Of a DNA stretch of 64,000 nucleotides, positions 50,373 through 58,949 are shown in pieces. The position numbers were made by a program, and so were the translations under genes. The stretch is from an uncultured bacterium (GTDB lineage: Bacteria > Oederibacteriota > Oederibacteriia > Oederibacteriales > Oederibacteriaceae). The notes beneath the pieces were generated by a model. The model worked only from the letters and a program-made list of their open reading frames with translations, made no database searches and was not told where the DNA came from. Within the stretch, counting starts at the first letter, position 1. Each line of letters begins with the position of its first letter. The stretch spans positions 416,001 through 480,000 of the forward strand of contig OZ218778.1 in the NCBI GenBank assembly GCA_965112635.1, given 5' to 3'.

Positions 50373-51605
50373 TCAATCCTTTAACATGCGCCATTGACAT
50401 GGAAGATACGCAACCCCAAGGTTTCCCTTAACTTTTTCTGATTCTAAAACTATGAATGGAAAATGCTTATCCCAATGGTCATAACATATTGAACCGGTAT
50501 AATTATAAATAGCCGCCGTAAAATTATATCTCCCGGGTAAAAGGGGTAACGAATCGATCGAATATTCAACGGCTCCCTCCCCCTTAACAGTCGAAGTATT
50601 AAAATCACTTATCTTGGTATTGGTACCATTGACATGGAACCCGTCTTCACGATGAATGGCCACACCGAACATAGGCTTTTCTATTTCTTTATGAGCAATA
50701 TATTCAATATGCACAGCAAAAGGTTCATTGGTTCTAAAAACATTACCCATGGTTCCATCACTTTTCACAAAATTGACGGCTGTAATTTCCATTTCTTTGT
50801 TCCCCCATCGGTTCGGGACATTTTGATAATGCAGGGTGCGGCGGACAGCTTCGGCGTTGGTGTGCAAGAGTTGGTGATACGTGGCGATCACACTATTCGG
50901 CTCCCCGATCTTAAAGCATGCCCCCTGGTCCAGAAGACACACCTGGTCGCACATCTGCTCCACCGCATTGAGGTCGTGGGATACCAGCAGGATGGTCTTG
51001 CCGCTTTTCCTCAGGTCCCTTACCTTCTCAAGGCACTTGGCCTGGAAACTTTCGTCACCCACGGCAAGGATCTCGTCGATGATCAGGATATCGGGGACCA
51101 CATGGATGGCCACGGAAAAGGCCAGCTTCATGTACATGCCGCTGGAGTAGGTTCGGACCGGGTCGTCGATATACTCCCCCATCTCGGCGAACTCGACGAT
51201 CTCGTCGAACTTGGCCTTGATCTGGTTTTTGGAGAGTCCCAGGATGATACCGTTGATGATCACGTTTTCCCGCCCTGATAATTCAGGATGGAATCCGGCT
51301 CCCAGCTCGATCAAAGCGGCGATATTGCCTTGGACCGTGATAGCGCCCTCGTCCGGCTTGAGAATGCCGCTGATCAGTTTGAGAAGGGTGCTTTTACCCG
51401 AACCGTTCCTGCCGATGATCCCAAGCGTGGTCCCTTTTTCGATTTGCAGAGTAACGTCCTTTAGGGCCCAAAGCAGATCCCTGCCAGTATCCTTTCGGGG
51501 ATGCCATAGGTCGTAAAGGATATAGGATTTAAGGGAGGTCATGATGGGCCGCCGTCCATGGCGGGAGAATTTTTTTGACACTCCTTTTATCTCGATACTG
51601 TGCAT
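50373..51605 (-). CDS. wzt: Polysaccharide ABC exporter ATPase with C-terminal carbohydrate-binding module
   Basis: GRNGSGKST, LGAGF, YSSGM, IDE.LAVGD, VSH; C-terminal Wzt_C (RWG...LPG.Y). Confidence 0.92.
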   Translation of the reverse strand: MHSIEIKGVSKKFSRHGRRPIMTSLKSYILYDLWHPRKDTGRDLLWALKDVTLQIEKGTTLGIIGRNGSGKSTLLKLISGILKPDEGAITVQGNIAALIELGAGFHPELSGRENVIINGIILGLSKNQIKAKFDEIVEFAEMGEYIDDPVRTYSSGMYMKLAFSVAIHVVPDILIIDEILAVGDESFQAKCLEKVRDLRKSGKTILLVSHDLNAVEQMCDQVCLLDQGACFKIGEPNSVIATYHQLLHTNAEAVRRTLHYQNVPNRWGNKEMEITAVNFVKSDGTMGNVFRTNEPFAVHIEYIAHKEIEKPMFGVAIHREDGFHVNGTNTKISDFNTSTVKGEGAVEYSIDSLPLLPGRYNFTAAIYNYTGSICYDHWDKHFPFIVLESEKVKGNLGVAYLPCQWRMLKD

Positions 51606-51608
51606 GGC

Positions 51609-52385
51609 CTACACTTCCTCCGCGAAAACGTCTTTTCGTGAATCAAAGAACATCAAGGCCAATACAAAGAAGACTAAAGTGAAAAGGGTCAGCAGGGCGA
51701 GACCCGTGAGGGAAGGCATCCGGTCATAAAAGAAAATATCATGGTAAGCCCCGATGAACCAAGCCATGGGGTTGTAGTTCAGCAGAAACTGATATTTGGC
51801 CGGGATCATGCTCTCGGGATAGACCACCGGCGTGGCGAACATCCAGATCATAAGGAGATTGGGAACGATATGTATCAGGTCCCGGAACTGCACCACCAGG
51901 GAGGAAGTGATCAGGGTCAAACTAAAAGCAAAGACGAACTGGACCGCCATAATGAAGGGCAGGAGAAGCAGGATCCATGAAAATTTGATCCCAAAACAAG
52001 CCAAAAAGATCAAAAGAATAGGAAGGCTGAGCAGATAATGGATCATGGTCGAGGCCGTGGTGACCAGGGGAAATATCTCCGCGGGAAGGGACACTTTTTT
52101 GATCAGGCCTCCGTTGACCAGGATAGAGCTGGACCCCTCGGTCAGCGCCGACGAGAACCACGCCCAGGGCAGGATCCCGCACAGAAGATAGGCGGAAAAA
52201 TGCTCCATCTGTACCCGCATATATACGGAGAACACAAGCACATAGATCAGCATCAAAAGTAGAGGGTTGATGAAGGACCACAAAAATCCCAGGGAAGTGC
52301 CCCGGTACCGCACCTTGAGCTCTTTCGCGATAAGCACCTGGGCCAGGCCGTAATACCTATAAAGCTGAAGGATGCGTTCTATCAC
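51609..52385 (-). CDS. wzm: Polysaccharide ABC exporter permease
   Basis: ELKVRYRGTSLGFLWS.INP, FRD, TPVVYP, NPM; six TMs. Confidence 0.92.
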   Translation of the reverse strand: MIERILQLYRYYGLAQVLIAKELKVRYRGTSLGFLWSFINPLLLMLIYVLVFSVYMRVQMEHFSAYLLCGILPWAWFSSALTEGSSSILVNGGLIKKVSLPAEIFPLVTTASTMIHYLLSLPILLIFLACFGIKFSWILLLLPFIMAVQFVFAFSLTLITSSLVVQFRDLIHIVPNLLMIWMFATPVVYPESMIPAKYQFLLNYNPMAWFIGAYHDIFFYDRMPSLTGLALLTLFTLVFFVLALMFFDSRKDVFAEEV

Positions 52386-52463
52386 TGCACAACTCCTACC
52401 CTGTCAATTTTTTATCGATTTTTCTAAATCCTGCAGCACTGTGCACGGGAGCAGATAAAAACC

Positions 52464-53465
52464 TTATGCGTTGTTCTTTAGATAGATGATCGTGCTTCCT
52501 TCTTCTTCAAATTTGAAATCAACTTCCAGAAGGCCTTTCAACGCTTTCCTCACCGCGGATTTTTTTGACGGGTCCACGATAAAGGTCAGAAATCCGCCGC
52601 CGCCGGCTCCGGCGATCTTGCCGCCATAGGCTCCGGCTTTGACGGCGCGGCTGTAAGCCTGATCGATGAACTGGTTGGACACTTGTTTTGAAAGCGACTT
52701 TTTCAACTCCCAGCCTTGTCGCATGAGTTTTCCCAGCGCGGACAGCATATGCTTCTCAGGTTCATCGGAAATGATCTTCACGGCCCTATCCACCATGCGG
52801 TACATTTCCTTAAGATATTCATCGTTCCTTTTAGCCTGGGTCCGCTCTATCTGCTCATGGAGCACCTCATGAGCTAGGCGTGTTTGGCCGGTATAAAAAA
52901 CCATCAGAGAGCTTTCCAGGAGCTTGCGTTTCTCCCGGGTAATGATGAGCGGCTGGACTTTATACTCTGAGCCGCTGAACCGGATGATATTGATCCCCCC
53001 ATAGGCGGCGAGGATCTGGTCCTGGAAGCCAACGTTTTCCCTGAGCATTTCATGCTCAACATACAGGGCGTCTTTGGCCAGTTGGTCCTTGGAAACGACC
53101 TTGCCTTCTGAAGCATAAAGAGCATGGAGGAAACCAACCGTAAACGCCGAGGAGGACCCCAGGCCCGACCGGGCCGGGAGATCGGCGAAGATATGGATAT
53201 CAAGATTGCCGCCGATCTTCTTGAATTTCAGGCATTCCCTCACGCTGGGATGTTCGATCTCCTGGATCGAATTGACCAACTCAGCTTTGGAATACCCTAC
53301 TCTTATCTTATGGTCAAAAAAATCACTTAAATAATTGAGACTGATATAGATGTACTTATTAATCGTAGTCCCCAGAACGGCCCCTTCGTTCCGGGAGAAA
53401 TACTGCTTGTAGTCTGTGCCGCCGCCAAAAAAACTGATGCGGACCGGTGTCCTGGAAATGATCAA
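52464..53465 (-). CDS. GHMP sugar kinase (HddA / heptose-7-phosphate kinase-like)
   Basis: RTPVRISFFGGGTD, GLGSSS, GFQDQ, GKIAGAGGGGF. Confidence 0.88.
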   Translation of the reverse strand: MIISRTPVRISFFGGGTDYKQYFSRNEGAVLGTTINKYIYISLNYLSDFFDHKIRVGYSKAELVNSIQEIEHPSVRECLKFKKIGGNLDIHIFADLPARSGLGSSSAFTVGFLHALYASEGKVVSKDQLAKDALYVEHEMLRENVGFQDQILAAYGGINIIRFSGSEYKVQPLIITREKRKLLESSLMVFYTGQTRLAHEVLHEQIERTQAKRNDEYLKEMYRMVDRAVKIISDEPEKHMLSALGKLMRQGWELKKSLSKQVSNQFIDQAYSRAVKAGAYGGKIAGAGGGGFLTFIVDPSKKSAVRKALKGLLEVDFKFEEEGSTIIYLKNNA

Positions 53466-53540
53466 TGTGCCTCCTTGGGCTCTTTGAGCCTCATCGTTCT
53501 ATCTCGACTCATCAATATAACACCAATTTTCATTGCCTGG

Positions 53541-54797
53541 CTACCCCTTAGGGCCTTTGCCCATCCGGTCCACCAATAACTCGGCAAAAACAAAAGAACA
53601 GGTAAAAGCAGGTGAAATGGAGTTCAAGACGTGGGTGGAATCCGGGGTCTGCTCGATGACGTAATCCATTTCCAGGGAGCGGGTGCGGATATTGACAAGC
53701 TGGGGCCTGATTCCGACCTTGGAGGACGGGATAAGGTCATCCACGGCCAGTTCCGGCACTAGCCGTTGGGCTGACCTGAAAAAATTCGATTTCAGGTATT
53801 TTTTGATCTCCGTATGGACCATCATCCTGAAATGGTGCTCGTTCTTGATATACATTCCGGCCAGCTGCCAGAGTATGCCTACGGATTCCACGGGCCTTAT
53901 GCCCTCCAAAATGCCGTAATTTTCGCGCCCAAAAGCCGGGATGGAGGTCGGACCCACGAAGACATCCTCCCCGATCAGCCTGGTCAAATGCACCCCGAGA
54001 AAAGGGAGGAACAGATTGGGCACCGGATAGATATTATTCCTAACCAGGGTGCTTTTCTCCGGACGCAGCTTGTAATAAAGGCCCTTGAACGGAAGCAGGG
54101 TATAGTCCCCGGCCAGGCCGAATCTTTTCGCTATCACATCCGCGTAAGCCCCGGCGCAGTTGAAAAGGTATCCGTATCCGACAGCCCGGGAAGGCGTATA
54201 AACCATTTTCTCTTTGGGCTTAATTTTGATGACGGTCTGGTTAAAATGGATCTCCACTCCGTTGGCTTTGAGTATCTCTTGCAGTTTATTCAGGACCGCG
54301 TGGATATCAATGACCGATGTGTCCGGGCAGAAAATACCTTTGCGAAAAGGCCCGGCATGCGGCTCCAGTTCCCTGACTCCCTTCTCATTCAGCTCCACGG
54401 CGTTTATATGACTTTCTTTGGCGTTGACCAGCAGTTTTTGTATCACCGGCAGGTCCTGCTCGCTGGTCGCGATGATCACCTTACCCGAACGCTTGCAGGG
54501 GATCTGGTATTCCTGGGCGAAGTCGCGCATTCTGGACGCCCCCGCGGCGCATAATTTCGCTTTAAGAGTGCTGCTGGAGTAATAGATACCGGAATGAAGC
54601 ACCCCGCTGTTGCGGCCGCTGGCATGGGCCCCCAAATAACTTTCTTTTTCCAGGACGGCGATTTTTGACCCAGGAAACCTTTTTCTTAACTCCAGAGCGG
54701 CGGCCAGGCCGATGATGCCCGCGCCGACGATAAGGTAATCGTAATTTAATGAGCCGGATACAGATATGGGCGCGGGAGCGGCTTGAGGTTTATCCAA
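53541..54797 (-). CDS. LhgO-family FAD-dependent oxidoreductase (L-2-hydroxyglutarate oxidase-like)
   Basis: GAGIIG, SGRNSGVLHSGIYY, NCAGAYAD, YPVP..PFLGVH, GIRPQ, SPAFT. Confidence 0.85.
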   Translation of the reverse strand: MDKPQAAPAPISVSGSLNYDYLIVGAGIIGLAAALELRKRFPGSKIAVLEKESYLGAHASGRNSGVLHSGIYYSSSTLKAKLCAAGASRMRDFAQEYQIPCKRSGKVIIATSEQDLPVIQKLLVNAKESHINAVELNEKGVRELEPHAGPFRKGIFCPDTSVIDIHAVLNKLQEILKANGVEIHFNQTVIKIKPKEKMVYTPSRAVGYGYLFNCAGAYADVIAKRFGLAGDYTLLPFKGLYYKLRPEKSTLVRNNIYPVPNLFLPFLGVHLTRLIGEDVFVGPTSIPAFGRENYGILEGIRPVESVGILWQLAGMYIKNEHHFRMMVHTEIKKYLKSNFFRSAQRLVPELAVDDLIPSSKVGIRPQLVNIRTRSLEMDYVIEQTPDSTHVLNSISPAFTCSFVFAELLVDRMGKGPKG

Positions 54798-54812
54798 GGA
54801 AGTCAGCCTGTT

Positions 54813-55751
54813 TCAAACGTTGCCGTACTTGGTATTTTTGATCATGGTATAACCTTTGATTAACTCGCCGATGCCGAAATCCAGGGAATGGGTAGTTTTA
54901 AAGCCTACTTTCTCTATTTTTGCGTTAGAAACGATGTAATTCCGCTGGTCCGGGTCTTTGCCTACCGGAGCCTCCAAAAACACGAAGTCCGGAAGATGTT
55001 TTTTGATCACCTCGCATAACTCTTTTTTGGAAACATTGGCCTCCGACAAACCCACATTATAGATTTGCCCTTTCATCTTTTCAAAATTAGCCAGGCCGAA
55101 TTGGAAAACGCGGGATACATCCCGGATATGGACATAGTTGCGCTTAAAATGGGCTTCGAACAGGACCACGAACCGGTCATAGACCGCCCTGTAGGTGAAG
55201 TCATTGACCAGCAGATCGATCCTCATTCTCGGAGACATACCGAATACCGTGGCCAGCCTGAAGCTGACGGCGTTGGGGTGTTGCATCAGCGCTTTTTCCA
55301 CCTCCACTTTTTCTATGGCGTACTGCGAGATCGGGTTCAGCGGCGAGGTCTCGTCGCAGTAATTATTCTTATCGCCCGTGCCGTAGGCGCTGTTCGTGGT
55401 CGGCATCAAGACCCGCTGTTCCCTGCTCAAATTTTTCAGCATCATTAAAACAGCGTCGCGGTTTGTGGTCATAGCGCCGACCGGGTCCTGATTGCACAGG
55501 GGAGCCCCAACCAAAGCCGCGAGAGGAATGACGATATCGGCCTTCTTGATCAGGGGCAAAACCACCCTGTCCATTCTCACGTCGCCCCGGACCACGCTAA
55601 AGTTCGGGTCGACACATAACTGCGCCAGGCTGTTCTGGCCGTACAAAAAACTGTCCAGGACAGTGACTTTATGTCCCAGGGCCAGTAGTTCCGGCACCAG
55701 AATGGACCCGATATAGCCTGCTCCACCCGTGACAAGGATGTTAGTACCCAC
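54813..55751 (-). CDS. NAD-dependent NDP-sugar epimerase/dehydratase
   Basis: TGGAGYIG, LAALVGAP, YAIEK, RLATVFG.SPRMR.DLLVN, DQRNY. Confidence 0.82.
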   Translation of the reverse strand: MGTNILVTGGAGYIGSILVPELLALGHKVTVLDSFLYGQNSLAQLCVDPNFSVVRGDVRMDRVVLPLIKKADIVIPLAALVGAPLCNQDPVGAMTTNRDAVLMMLKNLSREQRVLMPTTNSAYGTGDKNNYCDETSPLNPISQYAIEKVEVEKALMQHPNAVSFRLATVFGMSPRMRIDLLVNDFTYRAVYDRFVVLFEAHFKRNYVHIRDVSRVFQFGLANFEKMKGQIYNVGLSEANVSKKELCEVIKKHLPDFVFLEAPVGKDPDQRNYIVSNAKIEKVGFKTTHSLDFGIGELIKGYTMIKNTKYGNV

Positions 55752-55784
55752 GATTCTTCCTCCGATCTAAAAAAAGAATGATAA

Positions 55785-56732
55785 CTATTTTCTGGATATT
55801 TTAGCAACATCCTCTGGCTTCAGGTAAGCCTTTTCTTCGTAAAACCATTTTATTGTGCTTTCCAAACCTTCCCGTAAAGACATGAGTTTATAGGAGGGCA
55901 ATAAGGATTTCGCCTTATCGATAATTAAGCACTTTGACACCACTCCCACATACCGGGTGGTATCATATTGGATTTTATCGGCCGGATAATCAACGATCTC
56001 GCAGATATGCCGGGCAAACTCACGGATGGAATATTCTTCACCTGCCCCTATATTAACAAGATCATTATCTCGGGTCGCATTAAGCTGGCAAAGCAGCCGG
56101 ATAAAGTCCGACAAATGGACCAACTCCCGCTTTTGGTGCCCGTCTCCCCATAATACAACAGGCTCTTTAAACTCCTTGCCCCGGATGATCTTCCGGATCA
56201 GGTCAAAAATGAAATGCATCTGCCGGCCGTCGTTATGATAGCCAGAACCATACAGGGTGGATGGGATCGCGCAAAGGTAGCGGAGGCCGTATTGTTTGTT
56301 CAGGGAGAGTAAACCCTGATAAAGCATGCGCTTGGTCATGGCATAGGTGTAAAGGCTTGCGATGGGCTCCCCAAGAAGGTAGTTTTGTTCTTTTAATTCC
56401 ATACCCGGCGCGTAAGAACAACTTGTCCCCATGCAGATCATTTTAGCTTGTGGCTGGTATTGCTGCCACCAGGCCAGGACATGGGTATTGATCAGTTGGT
56501 TGATGACCCATTGTTCTCCGGGATGTTTCAGACAAAAATCCCCGGCCTGCGTCCACGCCGCGAGATGGAATATTTGATCAAAAGTTCCCTTGACGGTTTT
56601 TTCCAGGCTGCCCTGTATGGTCAGATCGCAGTTCTTGGAATTAAGCCGGGTGACACTATGCCCTTCTTGGTCTAAATATTTACAGAGGGATTTCCCTAAA
56701 AAACCAGAGGCGCCGGTTACAACGATCTTCAT
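55785..56732 (-). CDS. GDP-L-fucose synthase-like epimerase/reductase
   Basis: TGASGFLG, HLAA, GTSCSY, YAMTK, LYG, WGDG..RE. Confidence 0.78.
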   Translation of the reverse strand: MKIVVTGASGFLGKSLCKYLDQEGHSVTRLNSKNCDLTIQGSLEKTVKGTFDQIFHLAAWTQAGDFCLKHPGEQWVINQLINTHVLAWWQQYQPQAKMICMGTSCSYAPGMELKEQNYLLGEPIASLYTYAMTKRMLYQGLLSLNKQYGLRYLCAIPSTLYGSGYHNDGRQMHFIFDLIRKIIRGKEFKEPVVLWGDGHQKRELVHLSDFIRLLCQLNATRDNDLVNIGAGEEYSIREFARHICEIVDYPADKIQYDTTRYVGVVSKCLIIDKAKSLLPSYKLMSLREGLESTIKWFYEEKAYLKPEDVAKISRK

Positions 56733-56734
56733 GA

Positions 56735-57937
56735 TTAGTTCTCTTTCGGATTGACGGGAAAATAGAATTGTATCCCCCGCTCTACGAGGTTCTTATTGTT
56801 TTCCAATATTTCTTTTTTAAAATTCCACGCCAGGACATAATAGACATCGGGTAGTTCTTTAAGCTCTTTCTCTATGACCACCGGAATATGCATACCTGGT
56901 GAATATAGGTTGCGCCTCAATTCGTTTTTTTCCACCAGACAGTCGATCATATCTGTCCCCACTCCGAAGTAATTCAGCATGGTATTACCTTTGACGGGAG
57001 CGCCAAAGCCGAATATTTTTTTCCCAGAACGCTTGGCCTGGCTTAAAAACTCCAGATTTTCTTTTTTCATCCTCTGGATGCGGCGGTAAAACTCCTGATA
57101 GGTTTCGATGCGATTGAACTCCGCCTCTTCTTCCAATTGCCGCATTTTTTTAAGATTTTGGCTTATCTCTTTTTTGCCGCGGTGCGTGACATACCCCACG
57201 ATGGAGCCGCCATGGATCGGGTGCAGTTGGGCGTCGAACATTTCTAGTCCATGTCGGCTCAACAGGATCTCAATGGTTTTCAGGGTATAGTAAAGCAAGT
57301 GTTCATGATAGACCTGGTCAAAAGCCAGGTTCTCCACTATATTTTTCATATATAGGAATTGAACAACAAAAACACCGTTTTCTTTAAGACCCTCTCTGAT
57401 TCCATCCGTCACGGAATGAAGCTCTTCCAGATGGAAGAAAACCCCGGCAGCATTGATAACATCGAATTTCCTTCCGATCTGTTTCATGGTCTCAAGATTG
57501 AAAAACTGGTTCAGGGTGGGCACGCCTGCGTCCACTGCTATTTTGGCAGTGGTCTTGGAGGATTCCACCCCCAGAACCTCATAACCTAGCTTCTGGAAAT
57601 GTTTGAGCTGGGTACCGTCATTGGAGCCTATATCCAGGACCGACTTGGCCGGGGTCGTCTTAAAAAACTTCTCATCCACTTCCACAGCCGTCCTGCGAAA
57701 ATGTTCACCTAGTGATTTGGTCACTCCGGAAAGATAGGTATGGTCCCCGAACATGATCTCTTTTTTGACCGTGTAATCAAGCTGCACCGTGGAGCACTTA
57801 TGGCAAAACAGAAGATGGAGAGGATAAAAAGGCTCCTTGCCTACTTCCTCTTTTTTCAAGAAATGGTTGCACCAGGGTTGAGACCCCAGGTCTACAACAA
57901 GCTCTAGTTTGTCGGAATCACAGACACGGCAGTTCAT
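56735..57937 (-). CDS. Second NDP-hexose C-methyltransferase
   Basis: CRVC..DLG.QP, CHKCSTVQ, DIGSNDG, FDQVYHEH, HGGS, GAPVKG, PGMHIP, LAWNF. Confidence 0.88.
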   Translation of the reverse strand: MNCRVCDSDKLELVVDLGSQPWCNHFLKKEEVGKEPFYPLHLLFCHKCSTVQLDYTVKKEIMFGDHTYLSGVTKSLGEHFRRTAVEVDEKFFKTTPAKSVLDIGSNDGTQLKHFQKLGYEVLGVESSKTTAKIAVDAGVPTLNQFFNLETMKQIGRKFDVINAAGVFFHLEELHSVTDGIREGLKENGVFVVQFLYMKNIVENLAFDQVYHEHLLYYTLKTIEILLSRHGLEMFDAQLHPIHGGSIVGYVTHRGKKEISQNLKKMRQLEEEAEFNRIETYQEFYRRIQRMKKENLEFLSQAKRSGKKIFGFGAPVKGNTMLNYFGVGTDMIDCLVEKNELRRNLYSPGMHIPVVIEKELKELPDVYYVLAWNFKKEILENNKNLVERGIQFYFPVNPKEN

Positions 57938-57992
57938 GATTTTCTCCCATGAAACAGGATAGTGTGTTTTAGTTCGGATTTTAAAATTGCTT

Positions 57993-58931
57993 TTATCTTG
58001 ATGACTTTTTCAGGATCAAATGCATCCCGTAACCATCATCAGGATGCCAGTCCTTTAAGCCTAACCCGTTGCCCCTGACCATATCCTGGGTTTCAAAAGG
58101 ATGATTGGTTTCCAGCGTAAATCCCCGGTCCAGAAAGTATTTTTTCCACCATTCGCTGGATTTCAAAGTCCTGTGATAGATACCTCCGATGACAGGATTC
58201 TCATCGGGGAGCAGATCAATGGAACAAACAAAATACCCTCCGGGTTTTAAATGAGTCCTGATATTTCTTACCAATTGCTCCAGATCAGGCTCGGCGATAT
58301 GTTCGACCACTTCCCACGCTGTGATCATGTCAAAGAGCGCTTTTTTATTATGACCTGTATAAACCTGGAAGGGTTTTGATAGGTCACAGGTAAAAAGATG
58401 ATTGGGTATGGTATCCCATTCACCGGACCGGAACCTTCGGGAAACATCCGAACCCTCAAGACCTATGGCTGTATAGCCATCCTCCAAAATGGATTTTACG
58501 AAACCGCCTCCCGAACAGCCCAGGTCAAGCAGATGAATATCTTCACGATATCCAAATAACTCATAAAGCTTTAAATTGAATCTATAGTTTTTGGAATTAT
58601 CATGCATCGTACCGCGCGGAAATTTATGGTCATCGCTTGTATAAGCCACGGGGTAATTGGTTTTTATTTTGAAAATTTCTTGTGGATTTAATTTATAGTA
58701 CAAGAAATAGTTGTTTTTCCATAATGTATTGGCCAACTGCTCAAATTTGGTCAAACGCCGCGCCGATATCAGGCGGTCAAGCAGTGATAGGACAAAAAAG
58801 AAAAGACCCGTCACCACCGGCGGTTTGTGGATCAACAGCCACCCTTTGAGGATCCTGTAATATTTGTTCAATAAACGGATCAAAACCAGTTTCAAGGATG
58901 CATCCTTCCATTCAGAAATCCCTAGCTTCAT
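57993..58931 (-). CDS. Class I SAM-dependent methyltransferase
   Basis: LDLGCSGG, AWEVVEH, LKPGG. Confidence 0.8.
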   Translation of the reverse strand: MKLGISEWKDASLKLVLIRLLNKYYRILKGWLLIHKPPVVTGLFFFVLSLLDRLISARRLTKFEQLANTLWKNNYFLYYKLNPQEIFKIKTNYPVAYTSDDHKFPRGTMHDNSKNYRFNLKLYELFGYREDIHLLDLGCSGGGFVKSILEDGYTAIGLEGSDVSRRFRSGEWDTIPNHLFTCDLSKPFQVYTGHNKKALFDMITAWEVVEHIAEPDLEQLVRNIRTHLKPGGYFVCSIDLLPDENPVIGGIYHRTLKSSEWWKKYFLDRGFTLETNHPFETQDMVRGNGLGLKDWHPDDGYGMHLILKKSSR

Positions 58932-58949
58932 TCTAATACCTGACTTGTC

